The notes beneath the pieces were generated by a model, which saw only the letters and a program-made list of their open reading frames with translations, did no database searches and was not told the origin of the DNA. Position numbers and translations under genes: made by a program. A DNA stretch of 61,714 bases, taken from assembly GCA_031414955.1 (NCBI GenBank), contig JANOQV010000288.1, positions 1 through 61,714 of the forward strand, written 5' to 3'. Each line of letters begins with the position of its first letter. Within the stretch, counting starts at the first letter, position 1. Below are positions 1-10,308 of this stretch, one piece after another. Source of the DNA: Pedosphaera sp. Lineage in GTDB: Bacteria; Verrucomicrobiota; Verrucomicrobiia; Limisphaerales; SIBH01.

Positions 1-140
1 GCTGTTGGACAGTTGCGCTTGGAACAGCTTCACCGCTTGGAGCCGCCGCTTCTCCATCGCTCCATGATCGCGTTGCTTGGACATGGCCCCATCCTGCCCG
101 CACCCGGCCCGCTTGTCACTCTATTAGACGAGTCTCAGTA
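1..140 (-). mobile_element. Probable IS630-family element, partial: left end plus 5' part of the transposase HTH ORF (ATG at 84, runs off the window)
   Basis: Minus strand 84->1 reads MSKQRDHGAMEKRRLQAVKLFQAQLSNS, resembling the 'LExRRxxAxxL' N-terminus of IS630 winged-helix ORFs. Candidate end TACTGAGACTCGTCTAATAG starts at a TA (139-140), the IS630 target dinucleotide. Confidence 0.55.
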
Positions 141-287
141 ATTGTTCGTTGAAACCAAACTGACTCAAGGCCGCCTGATATGGAGACAGGCGGCAAAACT
201 TCTCCCGAAAGATTTCCCCGCTGACCGGCGGCCCGGTGCAACGGAGATTGGACAGTTCACAAATTCCTTCGCTAGTCTCCGCGCCGC

Positions 288-1115
288 ATGAACCAATTGT
301 CCGCGCCCCGGCTGCCCAAGCTTCCTTTCGTCATCGGGGACATCATCCTCGTGGCCGCCGCCGCCTACGTGGCCATCTTTGGCTCGTTTCTCGGGCAGTG
401 GCAGTACGTGGCCATCATCGCGGCGGTCGGCTTTGGGGCGTGGCTCCTGGCCTGGCCTTTTGTCCTCGAGTTCCGGGCGACGACCAAACTCATCGACTCC
501 ACCGCGCTCCAAGCCGCCACCGATAAAATCAAGGAACTCGACCATGTTTCCAACGCCATCGCCCAAGGCGTGTCCGAGTGGCAACGCCTGCAGCAAGGAG
601 CCACCCAGACCGTGACCGCCGCCGAACACATCGCGGAACGGATGACGACGGAGGCGCGAAATTTCGGCGAAACGATGGGGCGCTTGAATGAAACGGAGAA
701 GAGTCATCTCCGCCTGGAAGTCGAGAAGTTGCGCCGCTCCGAGGGCGACTGGCTGGGCGTGCTGGTGCGCTTGATGGACCATATTCACGCGCTGCATCAG
801 GCCGGAGTTCGTTCTGGCCAGCGCAACGTGATCGAACAGTTGACCAGCTTCCAGAATGCCTGCCGGGACACGGCCCGCCGGATCGGGCTGCTCGCCCTCG
901 TGCCCGAAGCAGGCCGGCCGTTTGACCCGATGGTGCATCAGCTTTTCGACCAGACCACACCGCCCGCCGGCTCCGTCGTCGGCGACATCATTGCCCCGGG
1001 CTACACGTTTCAGGGGCAACAAATCCGCCTCCCGGTGGTGACCTTGCAGGAAACCAAGTCTCCCGCCCCCGCGAAAGAGGATGCCCAACTTTCCTTCGAC
1101 CAGCCGCCGACTTGA
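288..1115 (+). CDS. Membrane-anchored GrpE-domain protein
   Basis: Two N-terminal hydrophobic helices, a coiled coil, then a GrpE-like C-terminus (GRPFDPMVHQ...PGYTFQGQQIRLPVV). Confidence 0.7.
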   Translation: MNQLSAPRLPKLPFVIGDIILVAAAAYVAIFGSFLGQWQYVAIIAAVGFGAWLLAWPFVLEFRATTKLIDSTALQAATDKIKELDHVSNAIAQGVSEWQRLQQGATQTVTAAEHIAERMTTEARNFGETMGRLNETEKSHLRLEVEKLRRSEGDWLGVLVRLMDHIHALHQAGVRSGQRNVIEQLTSFQNACRDTARRIGLLALVPEAGRPFDPMVHQLFDQTTPPAGSVVGDIIAPGYTFQGQQIRLPVVTLQETKSPAPAKEDAQLSFDQPPT

Positions 1116-1243
1116 ACGGAGCGGAGTCACGCGCCGGCCACGACCGAGACTTCCGCGAGGGTTGGGGAACGAGATTCGCGAAGCGGCCGCCCTGAATTTT
1201 CGCGTGACGCGGGGCGTCGTTTAACCGAACTATTCGGCACCCA

Positions 1244-2329
1244 ATGAAAACACTTTTTTCGATCAGCACACTCGCCTCTGTCGTCCTCGCCGTCGCGGCG
1301 GCGGATGAATCCGGTTTTAATCCCCTCTTCAACGGCAAGAATTTGTCCGGCTGGGAAGGCAATCCCAAGCTCTGGTCGGTGGAGGACGGCGCCATCACCG
1401 GCAAGACCGGCACCAATGCCGACAACAAGATCAGTCACAACACCTTCCTCGTTTACACCAACGCCCCGGTGGACAATTTCGAGCTGCGCTTCTCCTATAA
1501 GATCACCGAGAAGGGCAACTCGGGCGTGCAGTATCGAAGCAAGGTGGTCGAGCAGGGCAAATTTGGCCCCATCGTCGGGGGCTATCAGGCGGACTTCGAA
1601 GGCGGCAAGACCTACTCGGGCATCCTGTATGAAGAACGCGGCCGGGGCATCCTCGCCCAACGCGGCCAGAAGACCGTGATCAAGGAAGTGGAGGGCAAGA
1701 CCAAGGTGGAAGTGGCCGGCAGCGTGGGCGACTCGAAGGAGATTCAATCCAAGATCGTGCCCGAGGGCTGGAACGAATACGTCCTCATCGCGAATGGCAA
1801 TCATCTCCAGCACTTCATCAACGGCCTGCCCACGGCGGACGTGACCGATGAGCAGCCGGTCAAGGCCGCCAAATCCGGCGTGCTCGCGCTTCAGATTCAC
1901 GTCGGACCGCCCATGACCGTGCAGTTCAAAAACCTCCGTCTCAAGAAGCTGGGAGCTTCGGCCGCCGCGGGCAGCTTGAAGAAGTTCGCCGGCAAATGGG
2001 TGCCGGTGGAAGTGACCATCAACGGCCAGGCCATGGACAAGGACAAGCTTGATGCTGTCCTGCTCACCATCGAGGGCCACCACTACCGGTCCGTCGTCGG
2101 CGACAAGATGGACGAAGGCACCATCGCGATTGATGAATCAAAGCAGCCCGCCACGATGGATGTCTTGCGGAAGCAGGCCGACGGCGAAGCGGCGACCATT
2201 CCAGCCATTTACGAGTTCACCGACGGCGCGTTGAGAATCTGCTACGCCATCGGCACGCCCGCGCGGCCCACGGAGTTCAAGTCCGAAGTGGATGGAGGCA
2301 CGCTGCTGGTGACTTACAAGCGGGAATAA
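1244..2329 (+). CDS. Secreted DUF1080 (3-keto-disaccharide hydrolase-like) protein fused to a C-terminal TIGR03067-like domain
   Basis: Signal peptide; LFNGKNLSGW, GNSGVQYRS, GYQAD, GVLALQIH motifs; C-terminal 'LKKFAGKW...IDESKQPATMD...AIYE...LRICY...RPTEF'. Confidence 0.85.
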   Translation: MKTLFSISTLASVVLAVAAADESGFNPLFNGKNLSGWEGNPKLWSVEDGAITGKTGTNADNKISHNTFLVYTNAPVDNFELRFSYKITEKGNSGVQYRSKVVEQGKFGPIVGGYQADFEGGKTYSGILYEERGRGILAQRGQKTVIKEVEGKTKVEVAGSVGDSKEIQSKIVPEGWNEYVLIANGNHLQHFINGLPTADVTDEQPVKAAKSGVLALQIHVGPPMTVQFKNLRLKKLGASAAAGSLKKFAGKWVPVEVTINGQAMDKDKLDAVLLTIEGHHYRSVVGDKMDEGTIAIDESKQPATMDVLRKQADGEAATIPAIYEFTDGALRICYAIGTPARPTEFKSEVDGGTLLVTYKRE

Positions 2330-2351
2330 TTCCGCCACCGATCCGACGACT

Positions 2352-3269
2352 ATGAAATTATTCTCCATGGCGCTCTTTTGCGGAGCCGTCCTCAGCGCCT
2401 GCGCGGCGGACAAAAAAATCGTCCTCATCGCCGGCAGCCCCAGCCACGGCTATCTCGAACACGAGCATCGCGCCGGCTGTCTGCTTTTCCAGAAATGCCT
2501 GGCCGGGACGCCCGGCGTGAACGTCATCGTATCCAGCAATGGCTGGCCCAAAGATCCCGCCGTGCTCGAAGGGGCCGATGCCGTGGTTGTGTTCTGCACC
2601 GGTGGCGGCAGTCATCTGCTGACCGATCCGCGTCGTCGCGAGGCGCTGGCCCCGCTCATGGCGAAAGGCGCGGGCTTTGGCACGATGCACTACGGCGTGG
2701 AGATACCTGAATCCAAGGGCGGCCAGGAATTTCTCCAGTGGCAAGGCGGCTACTTCCTCACCAACTGGTCGGTCAATCCGCATTGGGACGCGAACTTTAC
2801 GAACCTGCCGAATCACGAAATCACCCGCGGCGTGAAGCCGTTCAAGATTCGCGACGAGTGGTATTACCACATGAAGTTCGCGGACTCGGGCGTGACGCCG
2901 ATTCTCTCCGCCATCCCGCCCGAGAACACGCGCGGTCGTCCCGGCGCGAACAGCACGCATGGCGGCAATCCCGAAGTGCAGAAGCATTCAGGCGAGCCGG
3001 AGACGATGGTCTGGGCCTATCAGCGGACCGACGGCGGACGCGGCTTTGGTTTCACCGGCGCGCACGAACACCGGAACTGGGCCAATGAGAACTTTCGCAA
3101 GGTGGCGTTAAACGCGATCCTCTGGATCGCCAAGGTGCCCGTGCCGGCCAACGGAGTGGAAAGCGAAGTCAGCGCCGACGACATCATGCAGAATCTCGAT
3201 CCCAAACAGAAACCCAAGCCCAAGGAAACTCCGGCCGCACCGAAGCCCGCCGCAAGTCCTGCCAAATGA
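2352..3269 (+). CDS. ThuA-like domain protein (secreted)
   Basis: Signal peptide; KKIVLIAG, HEHRAG, HEITRGVKPF..DEWY, GGRGFGFTGAH..NW motifs. Confidence 0.85.
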   Translation: MKLFSMALFCGAVLSACAADKKIVLIAGSPSHGYLEHEHRAGCLLFQKCLAGTPGVNVIVSSNGWPKDPAVLEGADAVVVFCTGGGSHLLTDPRRREALAPLMAKGAGFGTMHYGVEIPESKGGQEFLQWQGGYFLTNWSVNPHWDANFTNLPNHEITRGVKPFKIRDEWYYHMKFADSGVTPILSAIPPENTRGRPGANSTHGGNPEVQKHSGEPETMVWAYQRTDGGRGFGFTGAHEHRNWANENFRKVALNAILWIAKVPVPANGVESEVSADDIMQNLDPKQKPKPKETPAAPKPAASPAK

Positions 3270-4138
3270 AAATCACCTCCCTCGCCGCCGCCGTGTTCTT
3301 CGGAGCCCTCGCGCTCGCCACGGCCGCCGACAAAAAGATCGTGCTCATCGCCGGCAAGCCCAGCCATCCGCCGGGCATGCATGAATTCCGCGCCGGCTCG
3401 TTGCTCTTGCAGAAATGCCTGACCGGCGTGCCGGGGGTTTCCGTCACGGTTTATTCCAACGGCTGGCCGGAAACATCATCTGCTTTGGAAGGCGCGGACG
3501 CGCTTGTGATTTACGCTGACGGCGGCGGCGGCCATCCGGCCATCAAAGGCGACCACAAGTCGATCCTCGACGGCCTGGCCAAGAAAGGTGTCGGTCTCGG
3601 CTTCATGCACTACGGCGTGGAGATTCTCGCGACCAACGGCGGGCCGGAGTTCCTCGAGTGGATCGGTGGCTATTATGAGCATCAGTTCTCGGTCAACCCG
3701 ATGTGGTCGCCGGAATACAAACAGTTTTACAGCCATGCCATCACCCGCGGCGTGAAGCCGTTCACCAACAAGGACGAGTGGTATTTCAACATGCGCTTCC
3801 GCGATGACAAGAAGGGCATCATCCCGCTGCTCACCGCCACGCCGTCGGATGAAGTCCGCAAGGGTCCGTATGTTCATCCCAAGGGTCCGTATGACCATAT
3901 CGTGAAAGCCAGCGGGCGCATGGAAATCTTGATGTGGGCCTACGAACGTCCGGACGCCGGGCGCGGCTTCGGCTTCACGGGCGGTCACACCCACGCCAAC
4001 TGGGGCAATGACAGCCAGCGCAAGGTCGTGCTTAACGCCCTGCTCTGGATCGCCAAGGTCGAGGTGCCGGCGAGCGGCGTGGAGTCCCAGATCACCGAAG
4101 ACGATTTGCAACAGAACCTCGATCCCAAGAAAAAATGA
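3266..4138 (+). CDS. ThuA-like domain protein (secreted), tandem paralog of the upstream gene
   Basis: Same motifs as 2352..3269; ATGA start/stop overlap. Confidence 0.85.
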   Translation: MKITSLAAAVFFGALALATAADKKIVLIAGKPSHPPGMHEFRAGSLLLQKCLTGVPGVSVTVYSNGWPETSSALEGADALVIYADGGGGHPAIKGDHKSILDGLAKKGVGLGFMHYGVEILATNGGPEFLEWIGGYYEHQFSVNPMWSPEYKQFYSHAITRGVKPFTNKDEWYFNMRFRDDKKGIIPLLTATPSDEVRKGPYVHPKGPYDHIVKASGRMEILMWAYERPDAGRGFGFTGGHTHANWGNDSQRKVVLNALLWIAKVEVPASGVESQITEDDLQQNLDPKKK

Positions 4139-6210
4139 AATTCTCCTCACTACTCACGTTGTCCGTTTTATCCACGTCCGTCGTCCTCGCCGCGGATGCG
4201 CCCCCGGTCAAACGTCCGCCCGGCGCAGCGCCTGCTGCTCCGAGCGCGCCGCCCAAGCCCGCGCACACGCGCGGAGCCAGCCGTGAGGTAGCGCTCGAAG
4301 ATTTGAAGAAGATGACCGTGGCCGATGGGCTGGAGGTTTCGCTCTTCGCCTCCGAGCCGATGATGGTCAACCCGTGCGACATGGACATCGACGCGCGGGG
4401 CCGCGTCTGGATCACCGAGGGCGCGAACTACCGCAAGTGGGCCAACCCGCCCGCGCGCCCCGAGGGCGACCGCATTCTGATCATGGAAGACACCGACGGC
4501 GACGGCGCGGCCGACAAGTCCACGGTGTTTTATCAGGGCACGGACATCAACAGCGCGCTCGGCATCTGCGTGCTCGGCAACAAGGTCATCGTCTCGTGCT
4601 CGCCGAACGTGTTTGTGTTCACCGACGAGGACGGCGACGGCAAGTCGGACAAGAAGGAACTGCTCTTCACCGGCATCTCGGGCGTGCAGCACGATCACGG
4701 CGTTCATGCCTTTGTCTTCGGCCCGGACGGCAAGCTGTATTTCAACCAGGGCAACGACGGGAAACAGATCAAGGACAAGGATGGCAAGCCCGTGGTTGAT
4801 GTCGAAGGCAATGTCGTCGAAGCGAAGGGCAAGCCGTATCGCCAGGGATTCGCCTTCCGCTGCAATCTGGACGGTAGCGAGTTCGAGGTGCTGGGCCACA
4901 ACTTCCGCAACAACTACGAACTGGCGGTCGATTCCTTCGGCACCGTGTGGCAGTCGGACAACGACGATGACGGCAACAAGGGCGTGCGAATCAATTACGT
5001 AATGGAGCACGGCAACTTCGGCTATCAGGACGAAAAGACCGGGGCAAGCTGGGGTGCGAACTGGAAGAAGGGCCAGACCAAGGGTGCGGCTGAGGCGGAC
5101 AAGGTTCTCTACGAATGGCATCAGCATGATCCCGGCGTCGTGCCGAACCTGATTAACACCGGCGCGGGTTCACCGACTGGCATTGCGGTCTATGAAGGCA
5201 AGCTGCTCCCGGAAGTGTTCCGCAACCAGGTCATTCATTGCGACGCCAGCCCTGCCGTGGTGCGCGCTTATCCCGTGAAACCGAGCGGCGCGGGGTACAG
5301 CGCGGAGATCGTGAACATCCTGACCAGCAGTGATGCGTGGTACCGCCCGTCCGATGTGGGCGTCGCGCCGGATGGCTCGGTGCTCATCGCCGATTGGAAT
5401 GATCCCGCCGTGGGCGGCCACGCGGCAGGCGATCATGATGTAGGCATCATGCGCGGCCGCGTCTATCGCGTCGCGCCGGCCGGCGTGAAATACACCGTGC
5501 CCAAGGTTGATGTGAGCACGGCGGCCGGCGCGGTGGCCGCGCTGCAATCGCCCAACAACGCGACGCGTTACCTGGCGTGGACGGCGTTGAACAACATGCA
5601 GAAGTCGGCGGAAGCCGAGTTGCTGAAACTGTGGCAAAACCGGTCGGAGCCGCGCCTGCGCGCGCGCGCGATCCATCTGCTCGCCCGGATCAAGGGCAGC
5701 GAGGACAAGTATGTCCAGCAGGCGATGCGCGATGGGAATCCCGATCTTGGCGTCACGGGCATTCGTCTGGCGCGGGAATTGAAGCTGCCGATGGACACCT
5801 ATCTCGGCCATCTGGTGCGCAATGGCAACGCGCAGGTGCGCCGCGAATGCGCCATTGCCCTGCGTCACAGCGACTCGGCCAAGGCTCCCGGATTTTGGGC
5901 CGCGCTCGCCGCGCAGCACGACGGCAAGGACCGCTGGTATCTCGAAGCCCTCGGCATCGGGGCCGACAAGCAGGAGGAGAAGTTTTTCGCCGCCTGGCTC
6001 GACTCCGTGAAGGGCGAGTGGAACACGCCGGCCGGACGCGACCTCGTCTGGCGTTCGCGCGCCACCAAGTCCATCCCCATGCTGGTGAAACTGATCACTG
6101 CCAAGGACGCCACGCCCGCCGACAAGGATCGTTACCTGCGCGCGCTGGATTTCATCAGCGGCCCGGAAAAGGATCAGGCGCTGGTCGAGATCGCGACGGG
6201 CGGATTGTAA
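4135..6210 (+). CDS. PVC-type membrane-bound dehydrogenase-like beta-propeller protein with HEAT-like repeats; no CxxCH heme domain
   Basis: LEVSLFASEP, DIDARGRVW, EDTDGDG.ADK, FGPDGKLY, HNFRNNY, RPSDV..APDG..IADW motifs typical of TIGR02604-like domains. Confidence 0.85.
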   Translation: MKFSSLLTLSVLSTSVVLAADAPPVKRPPGAAPAAPSAPPKPAHTRGASREVALEDLKKMTVADGLEVSLFASEPMMVNPCDMDIDARGRVWITEGANYRKWANPPARPEGDRILIMEDTDGDGAADKSTVFYQGTDINSALGICVLGNKVIVSCSPNVFVFTDEDGDGKSDKKELLFTGISGVQHDHGVHAFVFGPDGKLYFNQGNDGKQIKDKDGKPVVDVEGNVVEAKGKPYRQGFAFRCNLDGSEFEVLGHNFRNNYELAVDSFGTVWQSDNDDDGNKGVRINYVMEHGNFGYQDEKTGASWGANWKKGQTKGAAEADKVLYEWHQHDPGVVPNLINTGAGSPTGIAVYEGKLLPEVFRNQVIHCDASPAVVRAYPVKPSGAGYSAEIVNILTSSDAWYRPSDVGVAPDGSVLIADWNDPAVGGHAAGDHDVGIMRGRVYRVAPAGVKYTVPKVDVSTAAGAVAALQSPNNATRYLAWTALNNMQKSAEAELLKLWQNRSEPRLRARAIHLLARIKGSEDKYVQQAMRDGNPDLGVTGIRLARELKLPMDTYLGHLVRNGNAQVRRECAIALRHSDSAKAPGFWAALAAQHDGKDRWYLEALGIGADKQEEKFFAAWLDSVKGEWNTPAGRDLVWRSRATKSIPMLVKLITAKDATPADKDRYLRALDFISGPEKDQALVEIATGGL

Positions 6211-6231
6211 GTCTCTGACCCATTTCCTACG

Positions 6232-6260
6232 AAGGCAGCCGGACCTCCGGCTGCCTTTTT
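6232..6260 (+). terminator. Intrinsic terminator between convergent operons
   Basis: AAGGCAGCCGGA-CC-TCCGGCTGCCTT hairpin ending in a T-run, about 20 nt after the stop at 6210. Confidence 0.8.
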
Positions 6261-6263
6261 GGT

Positions 6264-8516
6264 TCACACTTTGCTCAAAGCCACCGCGCACGATTTGTAG
6301 GAGGGCTGGCGCGAGTAAGGATCCACATGCCAGAGAGTCAGGCAATTGGTCTCGGCGTAGTGCATGGGCATGAACAACTGTCCTGACACCACCGTGGAAC
6401 TCACAAACGCGGCGGCCTCCACCTCGCCGCGCGCAGAATAAATGCGCACCCTCGCGCCCGACTCGATTCCCAGCCGGCTCGCGTCCTCCGGCGACACCTC
6501 CACGTAGATGCGCGCGGGATACAGCTTGCGCAGCACGTCAGACTTTCCGGTGCGCGTTTGCGTATGCCATTGCGCGGAGGTGCCGCGCCCGGTCAGCAGC
6601 ACGAAGGGGAATTCCTTCGTCGGTCGCTCCGGGGCCAGCCGGGGCGGCTCGAAGATGAACTTCGCCCGGCCGTCGGCGTGGAAAAACTTGCCGTCGGCGA
6701 ACAGACGGCGCTCCGTTTCAAGGGTCGGACTTCGGGGGGCGGATTTCGAGTCCTCAGTGCGCGCGGCATCCAATCCGGAACTCGGCAGCGGCCACTGAAT
6801 GCCGCCCTCGTCGTCGAGGTGCCGGTAGTCGCGAATGCCCGTGATGTCGCAGGGCTGACCCGCCGTGACGCGCTTGAGAATCTGGAAGACCGCCTCGGGC
6901 GAAGTCCATTCGCGGAACAGATCCGCGCAGCCCCAGTAGTGTGCGATGAGCTGGAAGATTTTGAAATCCGCCAGCGCCTGGCCCGGCGCGCGCGCCACCT
7001 TCTTGAGCAGACCGAAGCGCCGCTCGGAGTTGATGAACGTGCCCTCCTTCTCACCCCAGCCGGCGGCGGGCAAAACAAGATGCGCCAACTGCGCCGTCTC
7101 CGTCGTCGCATACATGTCCTGCACGACGAGGAATTCCAGCTGGCCGAGCAGTTCCCGCGCGCGCTTCTGCTGGATCCAGGAATGCGCCGTGTTGGTGGCG
7201 ATGATCCACAGCGCCTTAATCTTGCCACTCTCAATGCCGTCGAGAATTTGATCATAAGCCAGGCTGTTCCGCGCCGGAATGCGCTCCACGGGAATGTTGA
7301 GCAGGTGCGAAATCTTCTCGCGCTGGGCGGGCTTGGTGAAATCGTGTCCGCCGATCAGGTTGGTCGTGTTGCTGAACAGGCGCGAGCCCATCGCATTGCA
7401 CTGGCCGGTGATGGAGTTCGCGCCCGTGCCGGGCCGGCCAATGTTTCCGGTCATCAAGGCCAGATTGATGATGGCCTGAGCTGTGCGCGTGGCCTCGTGC
7501 CCCTGGTTGACGCCCATCGTCCACCAGAAGGAGACGCGCTTGCCCTGATGAATCGTTTCCGCCAGGCGATCAAGTTGCTCGATGGAAAGGCCGCTGGCGC
7601 GGGCGATGGACTGCGGGTCGAAGCTGCCGGCGCGCAGGAACGCTTCAAATTCCTCGAATGCCCTGGTGTGTCGCTCGATGAACTCGCGGTCCACCCAGCC
7701 ACGTTCGATCAAGATCCTCGCCAGGCCGTAGAGCAGCACCAAATCACTCTTCGGCTGAAGCGCGTAATGTTGCGTCGCCGCCATGGCCGTCTCCGTGCGG
7801 CGCGGATCGAGGACAACGATCTCCGGCTTGTTCCGGTTCATGAGCACGCGCTGCCACATGATGGGATGCGCGATGCAAAGATTAGAGCCGACGAGCACGA
7901 TGACGTCCGACTCCTCGAAGTCTTTGTAAGTGTAAGGCGGCGCATCGAAGCCGAACGATTCTTTGTAAGCCGTCACCGCCGTGGCCATGCACTGGCGCGT
8001 GTTGCCGTCGCCATGCACCATGCCCATGCCGAATTTTCCCAGCGCGCCGAGGAAAGCGAGTTCCTCGTTGGGAATCTGCCCGGTGCCAATCCAGGCCACG
8101 GACTCGGGCCCGTGCTGGTCCTGGATGGCCTTCAGTTTCAGCGTGAACTTTTGCAGCGCGGTTTCCCAATCCACCGGCCCAAGTTCGCCGCGCTCATTGC
8201 GCAAGAGGGGCGTGGTCGCGCGATCCGGGGAGGCCAGCGGCGTCAAAGCTTCCCAGCCCTTCGGACAGGCCAGGCCCAGGTTCACGGGATAGCCATTCGC
8301 GGCGCTGATATTGATGGCCCGGCCATCGCGCAAATGGACGTTCAGCCCGCAACCCGTCGAGCAGAAGCCGCACACCATGGTCGTGGTGTCGTCGGGTTGG
8401 AGGCGCGAGGGAATCTTGCCCAGACCAAAGTCGCTGGGCTGCTGGACCAGTTCATTGGTCAACGGCCCGGACCATTGGCGCAAGAGCGGCGCGATCTTGC
8501 CCGCGACGGATTTCAT
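6264..8516 (-). CDS. nasA: Molybdopterin oxidoreductase, NasA/NarB-like nitrate reductase catalytic subunit
   Basis: CGFCSTGC...CPKG 4Fe-4S motif, [62 protein letters not shown]. No Tat signal seen. Confidence 0.8.
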   Translation of the reverse strand: MKSVAGKIAPLLRQWSGPLTNELVQQPSDFGLGKIPSRLQPDDTTTMVCGFCSTGCGLNVHLRDGRAINISAANGYPVNLGLACPKGWEALTPLASPDRATTPLLRNERGELGPVDWETALQKFTLKLKAIQDQHGPESVAWIGTGQIPNEELAFLGALGKFGMGMVHGDGNTRQCMATAVTAYKESFGFDAPPYTYKDFEESDVIVLVGSNLCIAHPIMWQRVLMNRNKPEIVVLDPRRTETAMAATQHYALQPKSDLVLLYGLARILIERGWVDREFIERHTRAFEEFEAFLRAGSFDPQSIARASGLSIEQLDRLAETIHQGKRVSFWWTMGVNQGHEATRTAQAIINLALMTGNIGRPGTGANSITGQCNAMGSRLFSNTTNLIGGHDFTKPAQREKISHLLNIPVERIPARNSLAYDQILDGIESGKIKALWIIATNTAHSWIQQKRARELLGQLEFLVVQDMYATTETAQLAHLVLPAAGWGEKEGTFINSERRFGLLKKVARAPGQALADFKIFQLIAHYWGCADLFREWTSPEAVFQILKRVTAGQPCDITGIRDYRHLDDEGGIQWPLPSSGLDAARTEDSKSAPRSPTLETERRLFADGKFFHADGRAKFIFEPPRLAPERPTKEFPFVLLTGRGTSAQWHTQTRTGKSDVLRKLYPARIYVEVSPEDASRLGIESGARVRIYSARGEVEAAAFVSSTVVSGQLFMPMHYAETNCLTLWHVDPYSRQPSYKSCAVALSKV

Positions 8517-10297
8517 GAGGGAACACCTCCAGGCATTTTCGGGGCGACGACAGTGGTGAAAAAGAGAAAGCGCTCCAACAGTTCACCGGCGAGCAGGAGG
8601 GTGAAAGCGATGGCAGCGCACATTGCTGATGACGGGAAGATGTTCAGCGTCATGAGCAGGGGCAGGCCGATTCCACCGAGCATCAAGCAGAGCAGCCGCG
8701 CGAACGCGACGAGTTGGAATTTCCCGGTGATAAGCAGAGCAGTTTTCTTCAGGGGCGTGAGCGAGTTATCCGTGACGTGACGCAGCGTGAGCGTTTCCAC
8801 CAGCAACTTTGCCATCGAGACCGCGATGATGGTGAAGGTGAGGGCTGGTCTAGGTTCCATGATGGCCACGCCCGCGACTCCAAGCAGGAGGGCCGTGCCA
8901 AAGAACAGCGGCAGACTTCGCGACCAGTGCCAGAGGGGTCGGTGCGTGTCGTGGTAAATCATCACCGAACAGAAGACCCCGAGCAGGCCGATGACTGGAG
9001 CGCCGGTTTCCAAACCGGCACGAAGCAGAGGCATGAAACTCGCCGATTTGGAAATCGACGTTCCGAAAGACAACACTACAGCGCCCAGCAACAACGGCGG
9101 GAACATCCCGAACACGACAATCTCCCGGCTCATCCACGAACGCCTGAGATTGAGGAACGCGCGCCACGCACCGAGCGGACGGCCCAGATGAAACACGCTG
9201 GCACCTAGTCCTAGGACCGCGAGGGCAAGCGCGACCGGCCAGAGCGACCGGGCACCGGGACTTTGCATCGCCGCGATCACGGCCACACCGACCGACGCCT
9301 GGGACAACACCAGCATGACCACGAGCGGCCAGTGCGCGGGTTGGGGGTGTAGCGCCAAGGAGTCTGCGGCAATGAGGTAAGGCGTTCTGTCCTCAGCGCG
9401 CCGGGGTGAAGTGTTTGAAATGCCAGGATTGCTTTCCGATTCGGGGCGCGGCGCGGTGAGGACACCGCGCCCTCCCACGCCGTCGTTTTCCATGGCGCGG
9501 TCACGAGATGCCGCCACGCCGACGTAGCGCGTGGTCGGCAGCGTGTAATCACCGGCGGGCGCGCCATTCAGGAAATTTCCCGCGCGCTCCCGAAACTCGA
9601 TCGTCACGGTGCTCGTGTTCACCTTGGTGATGCGAATGGCCTCATTCGGACAGGCCTGAACACAAGCAGGCGCTTCACCCACCGCGAGCCGGTTGGCGCA
9701 CATGTCGCACTTGCGCACGATGCCGAGGCGTTCGTTGTACTTCGGCACGTCGTAGGGACATTTCAGCACGCAGTACTGGCAGCCAATGCACTGATCATCG
9801 AGATGGCGGACGATCCCGGTGAGCGGATCCTTCTCATAAGCGAGCACCGGACACCCATTCAGGCACGCCGGATCGACGCAGTGATGGCAGGCCGTGGTGA
9901 CGTGCTGCATCGCAGATGGAGGGTTGGGAAGAAAAGCTTCACGAGCACCCGTCTGCTCGATTCGTGGGTCACTCGAAACACTCGTCCCGCCCAAATCGCG
10001 ATGGCGGCGCTTTGGCTCTGGGATCAGCAACCCCACCTCGCGCCAGGTTTCATTGTCATCCAAGCCATTCAGACTGTGACAGGCGGTGACGCAGGCCTTG
10101 CAGCCGGAGCATTTATCCAACTCCACCTCGAAAGCGTACTGCTCCCCCGCCACCGGCGCGGTGAGCGGGATTAAATCAGAGTAGCGCAACGCCTGCGCGG
10201 AGGACGTGTGCGCGTCATGCAGACGGGAAAACCGCTCGACCGCAGTCAGACGCTGCTGGTCGGCCAGCAACTCGTCTACGAGCGAAGGTTCATCCAT
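8513..10297 (-). CDS. 4Fe-4S dicluster (DmsB-like) domain fused to a DmsC/YnfH-type membrane anchor; carries in-frame repeat insertions
   Basis: CSGCKAC..AC, CHHC..PAC..GCP, CIGCQYC...CP, KCDMC...PACVQACP motifs, then [26 protein letters not shown] and multiple TM helices. Confidence 0.85.
   Translation of the reverse strand: MDEPSLVDELLADQQRLTAVERFSRLHDAHTSSAQALRYSDLIPLTAPVAGEQYAFEVELDKCSGCKACVTACHSLNGLDDNETWREVGLLIPEPKRRHRDLGGTSVSSDPRIEQTGAREAFLPNPPSAMQHVTTACHHCVDPACLNGCPVLAYEKDPLTGIVRHLDDQCIGCQYCVLKCPYDVPKYNERLGIVRKCDMCANRLAVGEAPACVQACPNEAIRITKVNTSTVTIEFRERAGNFLNGAPAGDYTLPTTRYVGVAASRDRAMENDGVGGRGVLTAPRPESESNPGISNTSPRRAEDRTPYLIAADSLALHPQPAHWPLVVMLVLSQASVGVAVIAAMQSPGARSLWPVALALAVLGLGASVFHLGRPLGAWRAFLNLRRSWMSREIVVFGMFPPLLLGAVVLSFGTSISKSASFMPLLRAGLETGAPVIGLLGVFCSVMIYHDTHRPLWHWSRSLPLFFGTALLLGVAGVAIMEPRPALTFTIIAVSMAKLLVETLTLRHVTDNSLTPLKKTALLITGKFQLVAFARLLCLMLGGIGLPLLMTLNIFPSSAMCAAIAFTLLLAGELLERFLFFTTVVAPKMPGGVPS
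9376..9476. repeat. REPIN-like inverted REP pair inside the DmsB/C coding sequence (family A)
   Basis: Arms 9376-9403 and 9449-9476 are 22/28 complementary. CTGTCCTCAGCGCGCCGGGGTG (9387-9408) is identical to 59754-59775 in the intergenic copy. Confidence 0.85.
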
Positions 10298-10308
10298 CGG
10301 TGCTGCTT

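Noticed and set aside
6558..8780. Long antisense ORFs (e.g. 6558..8780, 12579..14990, 45079..47253, 54481..56586)
   Set aside because: These are shadows of well-supported opposite-strand genes in high-GC DNA and have no recognisable motifs.
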